Shown: positions 1-10,215, counted from the stretch's first letter. The stretch is DNA of 64,000 nucleotides from a virus (IMGVR_UViG_3300023504_000391:51299-115298); one strand, 5' to 3'. Translations and numbers: made by a program. Notes: generated by a model not told the origin, from the letters alone.

Positions 1-7
1 TAAATGT

Positions 8-199
8 ATGCGTTATGGAATAGAAGCCACAAGCAGTACAATAATATTAACTTCCGAAGAAGTAGATGCTATTATAAATTCAGAAGATTTTGAGAAAACT
101 CTCAAAAACATATTGAAGGGGGAATGGTATTGGGAAATAGATGACGAAGATGATAATATTGTTTTAGATGTTAGTTATTGTGAAGAAGTTGAAGACTAA
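8..199 (+). CDS. hypothetical small acidic protein (5' end may be cut by the window edge)
   Basis: ORF-track ORF on the dominant coding strand; acidic composition; no homology recognised. Confidence 0.4.
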   Translation: MRYGIEATSSTIILTSEEVDAIINSEDFEKTLKNILKGEWYWEIDDEDDNIVLDVSYCEEVED

Positions 200-214
200 A
201 AGGAGGCAAATCAA

Positions 215-472
215 ATGCTTAAAAAATTAAATACAAAAATTATTATTGCCACTATATTCTTAGTGGCTTTTTTCTTGCCTTATAATTTAATAGCAAGAAT
301 ATTATTTGTGGCGTCTTGTATATTATTATTTGCGTTATGCAAAATAATTATAGATGTTTATAAATCTATTTTACATAGCCAAAAACACTTTGAAGCTATG
401 GAAAGAAAAAGGGAAATCGAAAACAGAGCAAACATAATTGCCACTTGTAATTGGATTAGTGAACATTTATAA
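215..472 (+). CDS. hypothetical membrane protein (two hydrophobic segments)
   Basis: AAAGGAGG RBS 8 nt upstream of ATG; hydrophobic helices visible in translation. Confidence 0.55.
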   Translation: MLKKLNTKIIIATIFLVAFFLPYNLIARILFVASCILLFALCKIIIDVYKSILHSQKHFEAMERKREIENRANIIATCNWISEHL

Positions 473-622
473 AGGCAAAAGGGCTATGCGTAACAGGTCG
501 CTAAATGGGTTTGACTCCCAATAGTCCTATCTTTAAATAATATTATAATAAAAGGGAAAAGGCAATAGTCCGAAGATTAGAGTAAAAAGCAACATTTTAT
601 TGAAAGGAAAGGTAGTGATAAT

Positions 623-898
623 ATGAAAAAATATTTAGTAATCTGTTATGCGGTTCACGAAAAGGAAATTGCAAGCCATGATATATTCGATAATGAGGAT
701 GATGCTTATGCATTTCTCGAAGAGGATGCACAAAACACTTATGAAGAAGAAGTGAATAATGCAGATGACGGAGATAAAGATTTAATTGATTTAACAATTA
801 GTGATGACGGTACAGCATATCTTTCATCCTACGATGGAGAATATGAATGGACTTGGGAAGTTGTCGAAGTAAAATGGGGGTTGTATTATGCAGATTAA
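623..898 (+). CDS. hypothetical highly acidic protein
   Basis: RBS GGAAAGG upstream; D/E-rich sequence (DEDDAYAFLEEDAQ, NADDGDKD). Confidence 0.6.
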   Translation: MKKYLVICYAVHEKEIASHDIFDNEDDAYAFLEEDAQNTYEEEVNNADDGDKDLIDLTISDDGTAYLSSYDGEYEWTWEVVEVKWGLYYAD

Positions 899-932
899 AT
901 ACGTGTTTCATTTAGAAGAAAGGAAGGCAAAT

Positions 933-1175
933 ATGGAAAGATATGATATAGAAGAATTGGTGTTGGGACTTGCTGATATTGTGATGGAAAATAGATATTT
1001 AAGGCAGGAGAATACCAGATTGAGGGAGGTTGAAAAGGAGTATCATCAATCTATTATAGACAGATATAGAGAAAGTGAACAGGCAAGTTTAAATATGTTT
1101 AAAGCTGCATGTGTCGGAATCACACAAGGTAAAAATGATATGGAACTTGCAAGAGATTTGGTTGAATATTTATAG
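933..1175 (+). CDS. hypothetical protein (start moved to the internal ATG that has an RBS)
   Basis: ORF 888..1175; internal ATG at 933 preceded by GAAAGGAAGG. Confidence 0.5.
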   Translation: MERYDIEELVLGLADIVMENRYLRQENTRLREVEKEYHQSIIDRYRESEQASLNMFKAACVGITQGKNDMELARDLVEYL

Positions 1176-1298
1176 CAGACTAAATTCGCATTTCATTACA
1201 AAGAATTAAGTCGAAACCGCCTTATTACAGGCGGTCTATGCAAGATAGTAACTTGCATACTGATGATGACAAACTAAATTTGAATGGAGGATGATATT

Positions 1299-2042
1299 AT
1301 GGCAAATATTATGGCACAGTTAGAGGCGTTAAGTAATAAAGATTGGCAGAATTTATTTTCTGCTATAGAGGAAGATTCACAGAGACGGGTTGCAAATCTG
1401 AAAGAAGATTTGCAGTATAGATACATTGGAGAGATTGATTGTCCAACAGAAATGTATCAAGATTTCGCAACTGTAAAAGATGTAGAGGGAAAGGGAAAGA
1501 TAAATTGGTTTGTTTGCTCTGATGGTTCATTTTTTACTTGTGATGACGCAACTGTTGATGCTCTTTATGATAGTGGCAGAGTGGTTGATTATGAATTTCC
1601 ATTTGAAATAGAAAGAATGGAAAAGTATGAACAGCTTTCAAAGGATGAAAGAATTTCTTTTCGAGTAGCCCTACAAGGAATTTCAGAAGCAGAAGCAAAA
1701 GAAATTGTATGTTGGGAACTAGGTATTCCTGCCTATGATAATGTATATGTATTTGAAATTTCAGAAACTTATGTTGATAGCTCAACTAAGGAAGAAGAGA
1801 TTAAAACATATACAAGGAATATAGAAGCTGATAATGAAGCAAATGCAAAGGAGAAACTTAATTCTGAATTATTCAAAATTGGATCTGTTGTTAGTAGTGG
1901 AAGGAGGTTTACAGCAGAAGACAACAGAAAAATGCGTGAATCTGGTAAAATATTTGGATATAGAGGAGGCATACCATATACAATTACTTTGAAGAACAGA
2001 GATGTTGTTCTTAAAGAAATAAAAAAGAATGATTTATTTTAA
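1299..2042 (+). CDS. hypothetical protein
   Basis: ORF 1284..2042; ATG at 1299 preceded by GGAGGATGA RBS. Confidence 0.6.
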   Translation: MANIMAQLEALSNKDWQNLFSAIEEDSQRRVANLKEDLQYRYIGEIDCPTEMYQDFATVKDVEGKGKINWFVCSDGSFFTCDDATVDALYDSGRVVDYEFPFEIERMEKYEQLSKDERISFRVALQGISEAEAKEIVCWELGIPAYDNVYVFEISETYVDSSTKEEEIKTYTRNIEADNEANAKEKLNSELFKIGSVVSSGRRFTAEDNRKMRESGKIFGYRGGIPYTITLKNRDVVLKEIKKNDLF

Positions 2043-2153
2043 CAAAGAAACTAAGATTTCAAAGCTTAGTAACTAAACAAAATAATGTAAAACCCAAAGG
2101 CAGTTAGGAGAATAAATATCTAGCTGCCTATTTTATTACAAGAAAGCGAGGAA

Positions 2154-2675
2154 ATGATTATGAGTAGATTTAAAACAATTAAAGAAGCAACTGAAGCATG
2201 GGTACATGAAATGAATGCAATTCCACAGGGAATGATTTCACAGTTATTTCAGGATCATCCAGATGATTGGACAGAAGTTACAAAGCCAAGTAAATATGGC
2301 AGAGTATATGTATTCGATAATGGAGACTATGGAGAAATCACAGACATTGACGAAGAAACGGAAGAATATATTATCTCACTTGACAATGGAGAAGAAATCA
2401 AATGTGAAAATGGCGATTTTGAAGTTGATTACGATGATTATCTTCCAATGTGGGGAACAATGTGGAGTTTCGGAGATAGTTGTGATGATTGGTGGTTAGA
2501 AGAAGATAACGGAATTGAATTGATGTCTCAGTGCGGATTCAGAATTTATGAAAACGAAGAGTTTGGTTACTTCTTCGGAATTGATGGAGCTGGTTATGAT
2601 TTCTATGCTGAACATTGGATTCCATTGTATAAGGCAAGAGGTTTAGAGTGGCACGAAACAGAAACGGAGGAATAA
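2154..2675 (+). CDS. hypothetical highly acidic protein
   Basis: Long ORF with RBS; very D/E-rich with Trp-rich C-terminus. Confidence 0.6.
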   Translation: MIMSRFKTIKEATEAWVHEMNAIPQGMISQLFQDHPDDWTEVTKPSKYGRVYVFDNGDYGEITDIDEETEEYIISLDNGEEIKCENGDFEVDYDDYLPMWGTMWSFGDSCDDWWLEEDNGIELMSQCGFRIYENEEFGYFFGIDGAGYDFYAEHWIPLYKARGLEWHETETEE

Positions 2676-2680
2676 ATACT

Positions 2681-2845
2681 ATGAGCAAATACAAATTATA
2701 CACAGCAGAATTAGTTGGTGTAAAATATGATGGAAATAAGAAATATGAGATGGTGATTATCACAAAATGGAAAGACACTACAGAAGATTCGCCAGAAGAA
2801 GGACATAAAGGATATTATTTTACACCTAATAATGAAGAAATGTAA
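2681..2845 (+). CDS. hypothetical small protein
   Basis: Internal ATG of ORF 2648..2845 preceded by GGAGGAATAAATACT. Confidence 0.45.
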   Translation: MSKYKLYTAELVGVKYDGNKKYEMVIITKWKDTTEDSPEEGHKGYYFTPNNEEM

Positions 2846-2858
2846 AAGAGGTGGCTAT

Positions 2859-3116
2859 ATGAAAGAACAATTTATTACATTTATTGATAAAGATATGTCA
2901 GGTTGTGGAACTGACATAAACATTACTGCAAAAGTTTATGGTTATACTATTACAGCTGGAATTGTTAGTAGAGTAAAAAATGCAATTAACAATTATAAAA
3001 ATGAAAATGAAAGTGAATGGGATAGTAATGGATGCCTAAACGCTGCACAAAAACAATTAGAAGCAGATGGGTATGAAGTTAGTTGGATAAATGAAGAAGT
3101 AGTAATATATTTGTAA
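2859..3116 (+). CDS. hypothetical protein
   Basis: Internal ATG of ORF 2832..3116 preceded by AAGAGGTGG. Confidence 0.5.
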   Translation: MKEQFITFIDKDMSGCGTDINITAKVYGYTITAGIVSRVKNAINNYKNENESEWDSNGCLNAAQKQLEADGYEVSWINEEVVIYL

Positions 3117-3201
3117 ATTCTTGGTAAAATAATTACAAGATATAGTGGTACATAAAACGAATAACTACAATATATAGTATAAGAAAAAGGAGATTAAAAA
3201 T

Positions 3202-3723
3202 ATGAAAGTAAATGAAGTAAGAAAAACAGAAACAATTGAGAAACTTGTAAGAACAGAGTATATTGCAGAGGATGGAACTGTATTTAGTAACGAAGAAGAA
3301 TGTAAAAAATATGAAGAATCAGCACTGTTTGCAATTAGTAAAGAGCTAAAGAGATTAACAGAAAAAGATTGTGTTTCTCAGAACGATATTAACGATGATT
3401 TGTCATATGATGATATGGTTGAAATCTTTGATGTACAGACAGAAAGGGATTTAGAAAATCTTAGAAGATATTTATATCTAAAAATGAGTAAAAATGGAGC
3501 AAGTGAAGATAGTGTAAAGGAATGTTTTACTTCAAAAGATGGAAAGAGAGACAAGTACGTATTTGACGGTGTTACAGCAGGTCATGAAGTAATGATTTTT
3601 TGGAATTATGACGAGGATTGGTTCTGGGTTTACAATGACGGAAGTATTAACGGATATTGTGAATTTTTCAGAGAGAATATCACAAAGCTTATTACACCAA
3701 AGGAGGAAAATGCAGATGCTTAA
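3202..3723 (+). CDS. hypothetical protein
   Basis: AAAAAGGAG RBS; upstream palindromic motif ACAATATATAGTAT at 3167-3180. Confidence 0.6.
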   Translation: MKVNEVRKTETIEKLVRTEYIAEDGTVFSNEEECKKYEESALFAISKELKRLTEKDCVSQNDINDDLSYDDMVEIFDVQTERDLENLRRYLYLKMSKNGASEDSVKECFTSKDGKRDKYVFDGVTAGHEVMIFWNYDEDWFWVYNDGSINGYCEFFRENITKLITPKEENADA

Positions 3724-3871
3724 TATAACATTCAAATATAAAGATGTAATGAGTAATTGGGAATGGAGAACACAAAGCTGTATAGTATCATCTATTGAAG
3801 AATGTAAGCGAATTTACGGACTTGATAATGGTGATGTTGAGTATGAAATGTTAGAAGTTAAGGAAGTTTAA
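3710..3871 (+). CDS. hypothetical small protein (start uncertain, 3710 or 3716)
   Basis: AAGGAGG RBS at the 3' end of the upstream gene followed by ATGCAGATG. Confidence 0.45.
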   Translation: MQMLNITFKYKDVMSNWEWRTQSCIVSSIEECKRIYGLDNGDVEYEMLEVKEV

Positions 3872-3935
3872 TACAGAGAATAATAAGGCAGATGCAGGAA
3901 TGTATCTGTCTTATTTATTGGAAGGAGAATGTGAA

Positions 3936-4385
3936 ATGAACAAATATGAATATATTTGTGGAACAGCAGCACAGTTTAGAAAGAAGTTTTCGAATTTGTA
4001 TGAACGGAAAGAAAAGAAACCTGTGTTCATTGATTCAAGCTTGTTAGACAATATTGAAGATATTCCAAACACAATCAAAGCAGAACTAATAGGTAAATCA
4101 AGAATATCACGGATGAACAGAGAAGACTTTGTAATCAATACAGAAGATGAAAACGGATATAAATATTATCTTGATATTGATTGTAGTTGCTATGACTTCT
4201 ATAAAAACGACAAATTGATTTATTCAGTATTGCACGTAGATGGTGCAAGATGGAATGTATATAAGGCAAATATCTATGGATATTATGACGATAATGATTT
4301 GCCAGTAAAATCAGGAGAGTTAAATTGGAGTAGGAATTTGAATTTTAAGTTGAATAGAATTGACATTAGTACTTATGGCTTATAA
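3936..4385 (+). CDS. hypothetical protein
   Basis: ORF 3900..4385; ATG at 3936 preceded by GGAAGGAGAATG. Confidence 0.55.
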   Translation: MNKYEYICGTAAQFRKKFSNLYERKEKKPVFIDSSLLDNIEDIPNTIKAELIGKSRISRMNREDFVINTEDENGYKYYLDIDCSCYDFYKNDKLIYSVLHVDGARWNVYKANIYGYYDDNDLPVKSGELNWSRNLNFKLNRIDISTYGL

Positions 4386-4402
4386 AAGAGAGGTTGGTTA
4401 AT

Positions 4403-4774
4403 ATGGCAGAAATTAAAGATTGCATAAATAAAAAGGTAAAAATAAGTAAAGGAAGTATTACAATCAAAAACGATGAAGGAAAAACTTGTGGAATTGTACG
4501 AAATATAGTGAGTCTTTATGATTTACAAGCTAACAAGCAGATGGATTACTATAGAAAAATCCGTGATATGGGGTTACATGGAAAAATTAGTATAAGAGAT
4601 TGTATTATTTCAGATGGCACAATGTATATTTTCAGAAATATAAAAAGTAAGCTGTTCCATGAAAAATATGGATATATAGATGATAGTGAAAAACAGAAAG
4701 CAGAAGAACAAGAAAGATTATACAATCAGGCTAAAGAAAATGGAATTGAAGTAATTGAATGTATATTTTTATAA
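4403..4774 (+). CDS. hypothetical protein
   Basis: ORF 4394..4774; AAGAGAGG RBS. Confidence 0.55.
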   Translation: MAEIKDCINKKVKISKGSITIKNDEGKTCGIVRNIVSLYDLQANKQMDYYRKIRDMGLHGKISIRDCIISDGTMYIFRNIKSKLFHEKYGYIDDSEKQKAEEQERLYNQAKENGIEVIECIFL

Positions 4775-4826
4775 AATAAAACCAGTTGAAAGAACTGTTT
4801 CTTAAAGAGATTGGAGAGTGATTGAG

Positions 4827-5162
4827 ATGACAAGCACAATAAAAAGAGATTTTGTAGTTAAAGATGGGAGAGCAACTTTCCCTATGAAAGAATATCCTAA
4901 CTGGTGTGGAATACCAGATATTGGATTTATTTATTATAATTCGTGGGCTGATTCAGACCTCGAATACAACGGAAAAATATTCAATGAACATATTGTATCT
5001 GATGCAATGTATGCAAGCTTTATTGAAGATTTTCCTGAAAAGGATGGAGATTATGAAGCATTTGCTCAATATATATATGACCATAGAGATGAAGTGTATG
5101 AGTTATTAGAAGATTGGAGTGATGGAAATGAAAATTACACAGACAAGAGTAAAGCAGTATAA
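4827..5162 (+). CDS. hypothetical protein
   Basis: ORF 4818..5162; GGAGAG RBS 8 nt before ATG 4827. Confidence 0.55.
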   Translation: MTSTIKRDFVVKDGRATFPMKEYPNWCGIPDIGFIYYNSWADSDLEYNGKIFNEHIVSDAMYASFIEDFPEKDGDYEAFAQYIYDHRDEVYELLEDWSDGNENYTDKSKAV

Positions 5163-5325
5163 CAGTACATACAAGACAGTTATTGCAGTTGATGGAGTAC
5201 TTGTATGTATTACACAGAGTAATAAGAGAGCAAGCGACATTGTTTCTTATTTGTTAGGATATGATGTCGAGATTAACGATGGAAAGTTAAAGAAACAATT
5301 GGATAAGATTAGAGATAAGAAATAG
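5122..5325 (+). CDS. hypothetical small protein (start ambiguous)
   Basis: ORF 5119..5325 overlapping the end of the upstream gene; GGAGTG nearby. Confidence 0.45.
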   Translation: MEMKITQTRVKQYNSTYKTVIAVDGVLVCITQSNKRASDIVSYLLGYDVEINDGKLKKQLDKIRDKK

Positions 5326-5356
5326 CAATTTCATTTTAAGATTGGATGGTGAATAT

Positions 5357-5682
5357 ATGACAGTATTATCTGAAATGCTTACTGGAATGGGTAGTAAATT
5401 TATTTTAGCAAAGTATAGCGATACTTTCTATGGTTATGGAACAGAAATGGATCATAAAGATGTATGGGGGGACTTCCAGTAAATCAATGTGGAACTAAAG
5501 AAGAAGTTTTGGAAAATTGTTTGCGAATGATAGAAGTCAATAAAGAATATATACAGAAATATCAGAAAGAATTTGAAAAAGAGAAAAGGAAACCTGAAGG
5601 TTGGAAAATACTTCTTTATTGTGAACAGAAAGAACTTGAAATGCATACAGCGTTTGCAAGAATTTTAAAAGAAATGGAGTGA
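5357..5682 (+). pseudogene. hypothetical protein split by a frameshift at a G6 homopolymer (5466-5471); pieces 5357..5482 and 5464..5682
   Basis: ATG 5357 with RBS GGTGA. One extra G in the run GGGGGG would fuse the 41-aa and 72-aa reading frames into about 112 aa. Confidence 0.45.
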
Positions 5683-5687
5683 TTTAT

Positions 5688-6299
5688 ATGTTAAAGGCAA
5701 TAAATATTAAATGGGACACAAGTGATGAAGAATGGAATGACACGTTAACATCGAGTATGATAAATGCGATAGCTGACAACCTTCCAACGGAAGTTAATAT
5801 TCCAGAAGAGTTGATAAAAGGTTATGATGGTACAAATTTAGATACGTATTATCCAGATATTTCTGATTGGTTATCTGATAAATATGGATTTTGTCATTAC
5901 GGATTTGAAATTGAAGGGAAAGATGAAGATATTAAAATCAGAAAAGGAGATGAAAATATGTTGCTTATTAAAAGAGATAGTCGATTTAGGGAAAGTGATG
6001 TTGAATGTTTATATCAAATTATTACAGGCAGTTTAGCTAAAGCTGTAAAAAGAATTGGCTTTTCTACAACTTTTAATGATGGATTAAATAGATTAGAAGA
6101 TGAATTTATCCGCAATAAAGATTTAGCAATTTATGTTTCATACGATGAAAAAGAGAAAGAAACTTCCGTTTATGTTACTGATAATGATAATGTAAAAAAA
6201 TTAATAGATATGATCTATATTGCCAGAATTACCGGAAACTACATTATGGATAAAAAACTCATCGTTAAAATAATCAATGATTGGATGAAAAATAATTAA
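5688..6299 (+). CDS. hypothetical protein
   Basis: ORF 5679..6299; GGAGTG RBS before ATG 5688. Confidence 0.6.
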   Translation: MLKAINIKWDTSDEEWNDTLTSSMINAIADNLPTEVNIPEELIKGYDGTNLDTYYPDISDWLSDKYGFCHYGFEIEGKDEDIKIRKGDENMLLIKRDSRFRESDVECLYQIITGSLAKAVKRIGFSTTFNDGLNRLEDEFIRNKDLAIYVSYDEKEKETSVYVTDNDNVKKLIDMIYIARITGNYIMDKKLIVKIINDWMKNN

Positions 6300-6313
6300 A
6301 AGGAGGCATAATT

Positions 6314-6583
6314 ATGAGTTTAACTATATCTAAAAAACAAGCGAAATTTTTAAATAGAAAATTTAAAGGCTCAGATCTGTGTCCAGAATGCGAAACAGAA
6401 ACGAATTTTAAGTTTAACCCAATGAAAGACGAATCTATTGTATGTTCTCATTGTCATACAAAAATACTACCTTGCTCATTATGCGATTCTGGCAAGCGTT
6501 GTGATAGTTGTAAAGATAGAATTAAAGCATCATTACTATATTTTAATAATATGTGGGACAACAAGGTAAACGGAAAATATTAA
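6314..6583 (+). CDS. hypothetical Cys-rich zinc-ribbon protein
   Basis: AAAAGGAGG RBS; CPEC...CSHC...CSLC...CDSC motifs. Confidence 0.65.
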   Translation: MSLTISKKQAKFLNRKFKGSDLCPECETETNFKFNPMKDESIVCSHCHTKILPCSLCDSGKRCDSCKDRIKASLLYFNNMWDNKVNGKY

Positions 6584-6595
6584 GGAGGAATAATT

Positions 6596-6934
6596 ATGAA
6601 TTTTGAAAATTTATTAGATAAGTTAAAGCATTTCACTTTTGAAGAAATTATAGAAAAATATAATAAGGAATCTTATGAAGGAGATATTCCAGTAGAATGT
6701 ATCGATAATGTAGTTTATGAAGATGAAGATTTGTATGAGTTTCTTGAAGAAATTGGGGCAGAAATATATGATTATGGAATGGGCTATGTAATCATCACAA
6801 CAAATGAAGGCAAATATTATGAATTGCCATACGAAGAAAGAGAAAATCGTTTTGATGATGAGTTACCAGATGAAACAATTTTGTTTTTTGATGTAAATAA
6901 AATTTACGATGTAACTGAAAATTATGTAGGTTGA
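6596..6934 (+). CDS. hypothetical acidic protein
   Basis: TAAGGAGG RBS; uninterrupted ORF. Confidence 0.65.
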   Translation: MNFENLLDKLKHFTFEEIIEKYNKESYEGDIPVECIDNVVYEDEDLYEFLEEIGAEIYDYGMGYVIITTNEGKYYELPYEERENRFDDELPDETILFFDVNKIYDVTENYVG

Positions 6935-6955
6935 AATTGAATTGGAGTGATGAAG

Positions 6956-7198
6956 ATGGTTGTAAATGGTAAATACACATCTGTATGGACAGATGGAGAA
7001 ATTGAAACAAGTTGTAAAGTTGACACAGAAACGCATGAAGTATTTGATATTGAAACAATTGACCCTTCCGATTATGGAATGGAGTGTGAAATTCTTGAGT
7101 ATGAATATGTAGAATTTTGTGACGGTGAGAAACTTCATAGATTTCCAGTGTATGAAAAGGACGATAGGGAAACGGATGAAGATTACTGGAGAGAATAG
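6956..7198 (+). CDS. hypothetical acidic protein
   Basis: ORF 6947..7198; GGAG RBS 8 nt before ATG 6956. Confidence 0.55.
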   Translation: MVVNGKYTSVWTDGEIETSCKVDTETHEVFDIETIDPSDYGMECEILEYEYVEFCDGEKLHRFPVYEKDDRETDEDYWRE

Positions 7199-7213
7199 AT
7201 TGAGGTGTTAAAA

Positions 7214-7576
7214 ATGAGATATGAAAATATTACAACACATTTTAATGATATTAATTGTTTAGATTTTACTTCTAACAACGGAAGTGAGGGTAACTTTATC
7301 ATTAATACAAATGACGAATTAATTGATATTGTGAATGCAATTAGAAAGGAGCAAGGTAATATAGATTTAGTTGATGTTAATGATAATAATGAAGTATATT
7401 ATAATTTTTATCTTCTATTTGATATAGAAAAGAAAACTGTATCCATTCAAGCAGTATGCAATCATGGTGAAAAAGATGATGAGGTATGGTATGAATTGCC
7501 TATGACAGAAGAAGAAAAAACCAACGTTATGTGGAAACTCGTTAATATGCTTGCAAAAGTCATTTATGATAGTTAA
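7214..7576 (+). CDS. hypothetical protein
   Basis: ORF 7205..7576; GAGGTG RBS. Confidence 0.55.
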   Translation: MRYENITTHFNDINCLDFTSNNGSEGNFIINTNDELIDIVNAIRKEQGNIDLVDVNDNNEVYYNFYLLFDIEKKTVSIQAVCNHGEKDDEVWYELPMTEEEKTNVMWKLVNMLAKVIYDS

Positions 7577-7598
7577 GAGGATAAGAGGTGCGATAGAA

Positions 7599-7838
7599 AT
7601 GAAATATTATGGAAAGATTAATTACACAATAGATAAAGAACATCCAGATATTAAATATATGAAAGATTGGACGGAAGATAAAGTGCTGAGTTTTTATGAT
7701 ATATATGCATTTGATGATAATTATACACAAGAGGATTGTATCAATTATATAAAGCGAGATTTAAAGTTGGTTGCTGGTGGTGGATATAATTCAGATCATA
7801 TTCATAATGTAACGTTTGAGATTGAAAGGTGTGATTAA
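7599..7838 (+). CDS. hypothetical protein
   Basis: ORF 7551..7838; internal ATG preceded by AGAGGTG. Confidence 0.55.
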   Translation: MKYYGKINYTIDKEHPDIKYMKDWTEDKVLSFYDIYAFDDNYTQEDCINYIKRDLKLVAGGGYNSDHIHNVTFEIERCD

Positions 7839-7955
7839 TATGGCAAATGTAATAAAGCGAAATTCAAAACAGTAATCTTTACAGCCGTTAGAGATACTAA
7901 TGTATGGAAAGCAGAATTACTTGCAATGTGTATGTGTAGTAAGGAGTGATGATAT

Positions 7956-8195
7956 ATGAAAATTATTAAAGAAAGCATTATCAAGAAACATTCATATGAA
8001 AATGGAGTTCATACTTCTTATACAGAAGTGATAGAACAGTACCATTATGATTCAGAAGAGGAGCGTAATAAACATGCAGAACAAATGACTGAAAAAGGAT
8101 TTAAAGATAGTGGTCAGGTTAAAGAAAATGTTGGTACGATTATGAATCCAGAATTTGTATGGTTCGGAAGCTATTATAGATGCAAGAAAGATTAA
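7956..8195 (+). CDS. hypothetical protein
   Basis: GTAAGGAGTG RBS. Confidence 0.55.
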   Translation: MKIIKESIIKKHSYENGVHTSYTEVIEQYHYDSEEERNKHAEQMTEKGFKDSGQVKENVGTIMNPEFVWFGSYYRCKKD

Positions 8196-8238
8196 CTTTA
8201 AAACAAGAGTTTCTTTAGATGATTGGAGGTAGATTTAT

Positions 8239-8601
8239 ATGGAAAGTAGATATAAGAAAAATCGTGGATATACTTATGGAAGTATGATTGTAACTCAAGA
8301 TGATACGACCGTATCAGAATTAACAGAAGGTGTATTTCACGAATGGAATGATAAATTAGAAATCATGGGTGTTATTTGTGATTTTTATGATTATTCATGG
8401 AGATTTTATCCTGATGGACGATTAGTATTATCAGATTTTTTAAACGAAGATTCAGAATGGAGAGGAGAAAACGATTATGGTCATTTTGAGTATCAATCTT
8501 TAGATGAAATGTTACTTGATTGGATGGACGAATTAGAAAAGAATGAAAGTGAAGAGAAATTTGACGAAGAGATAGAATTTATTAAACGTATGAAACGATG
8601 A
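8239..8601 (+). CDS. hypothetical acidic protein
   Basis: TTGGAGG RBS. Confidence 0.6.
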   Translation: MESRYKKNRGYTYGSMIVTQDDTTVSELTEGVFHEWNDKLEIMGVICDFYDYSWRFYPDGRLVLSDFLNEDSEWRGENDYGHFEYQSLDEMLLDWMDELEKNESEEKFDEEIEFIKRMKR

Positions 8602-8635
8602 TTTAGATAACTTTTTATTTAAAGAGGTGAAGTAA

Positions 8636-9058
8636 ATGAAAATAACTATTACTTATAAATTATATACTGATGGCGATTACTGGCTGCGAAATGCTGATAA
8701 ATTTGGCTGTACGGATAAAGAAGTGATAATAGATGATGATGAATATTATGATTTTATTGATTTTGATAAGGGAATATCAATACCTAGTCGTAGTTATTAT
8801 GATTATATCGGTTCAGTAGAATTTATAGACAAAGAAAATTGGATTTGTAAAGATGATGCAAAAGATTTTCTGTGGGAGTTTTTATGCGATGGTATACATA
8901 TATCATATACTCATTATTGGTTGCTTGAAATGTTTTATAAAGTTATGGAGTCCTTAACAGAATTTATTGATAATTACAAATCTGGAACATCCGTATCTAA
9001 AAAATATTTACAAGGAAATTGGAGAAATACAGAAATTAAAGTTGAAATAACAGAATAA
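8636..9058 (+). CDS. hypothetical protein
   Basis: AAGAGGTG RBS. Confidence 0.6.
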   Translation: MKITITYKLYTDGDYWLRNADKFGCTDKEVIIDDDEYYDFIDFDKGISIPSRSYYDYIGSVEFIDKENWICKDDAKDFLWEFLCDGIHISYTHYWLLEMFYKVMESLTEFIDNYKSGTSVSKKYLQGNWRNTEIKVEITE

Positions 9059-9088
9059 ATTAGTGTTTTAAATAGAAAGGTTGATTAT

Positions 9089-9346
9089 ATGACTATACGA
9101 AAAGAATATGAACTCAATAGAAAGTGGGTTACAGATGATATTGGAGAAAATGTTGGAGAAACAAACTTTGTTATTACTGAAGAATTCTTATTATTACATT
9201 GGAAAGAATGTCCTAATTATAACAATGAAGAAAATATCGAAGATTTTTTAGAAACATATGTTCCCGAAGAAGATGGTTTATATTTATACAAGTTGGCAAA
9301 AGATACAGGGAATTTAATTGAAGATATTGGAAAAATTTTTTATTAA
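9089..9346 (+). CDS. hypothetical protein
   Basis: GAAAGG RBS. Confidence 0.55.
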   Translation: MTIRKEYELNRKWVTDDIGENVGETNFVITEEFLLLHWKECPNYNNEENIEDFLETYVPEEDGLYLYKLAKDTGNLIEDIGKIFY

Positions 9347-9465
9347 TTAAAAATAAAAATGCCACAAGCATATTTTGCTCCATTAATTGATTGGTTAGAA
9401 GATAGGGAAATTAAATTTAAAAACAATTAAAGTTTTTATCTGTTTTAGAAAAGAGGAGTAGTCGT

Positions 9466-9600
9466 GTCAAACATATATGATAAAAATACAAAAAAGTGGT
9501 TTAGAAATAATATTAATTCTCAGACCACAGTATGTAAATGTGATAAATGTGGATTATTTTATAAACCACATTTGAATCATAAATGCAATAAGAAATAATG
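9466..9600 (+). CDS. hypothetical small Cys-rich protein (GTG start)
   Basis: AAGAGGAG RBS followed by GTG; CKCDKCG...HKC motif; not in the ORF track (under 60 aa). Confidence 0.35.
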
Positions 9601-9620
9601 TATACAAAGGAGGAATAAAT

Positions 9621-9998
9621 ATGTTGTTAGTACAGCTTAAATGTGAAGAAGATAATTTGGTTGTTAATTTAGAAGTAGGTGTTAAGCCTACAATTGGAGA
9701 TACAATTCATGTTAAAGGAAAGAGTTATATAGTTGATAAAGTAATATGGTGTATAGAAGAATTTCCTGGACAATCAGGGATATTAGCCTATATTAAAAGA
9801 GAAAAAGATACTTCTTTTGAAGATAATAATAAAAATATTAGGATTGATTGCGAATTAGGAAATGGACATACAAAACGTGAATCTGTACGTGGTTATTGTG
9901 AAACATTTCCGTTTCCTTATATAGTGTCATTTAACGAGGAAGGAAAATATGAAGTAATAATAAAAGGAATAAAAGCGATTGCAAGAAAACTTGAGTAA
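9621..9998 (+). CDS. hypothetical protein
   Basis: AAAGGAGG RBS. Confidence 0.65.
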   Translation: MLLVQLKCEEDNLVVNLEVGVKPTIGDTIHVKGKSYIVDKVIWCIEEFPGQSGILAYIKREKDTSFEDNNKNIRIDCELGNGHTKRESVRGYCETFPFPYIVSFNEEGKYEVIIKGIKAIARKLE

Positions 9999-10026
9999 TT
10001 TTATTTTGAAAAAGAAGGTGGAAATT

Positions 10027-10215
10027 ATGAGATGGAAAAAGCAAATAAAAATTGAGCCTTGTTACGGAGAGTTAAGGCGTTCTACTGTATTTGCATGGTT
10101 ACCAATTAGGTGTGAAAATGGTGATTGTGCATGGTTAGAAAAGGTAAATTTGGTTGAAGAATATACAATTGGTTCTTCGGGATTTGCTCATTGGGTTAAT
10201 AAGGAATTTGAATAA
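10027..10215 (+). CDS. hypothetical small protein
   Basis: ORF 9979..10215; GAAGGTGGA RBS before ATG 10027. Confidence 0.55.
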   Translation: MRWKKQIKIEPCYGELRRSTVFAWLPIRCENGDCAWLEKVNLVEEYTIGSSGFAHWVNKEFE

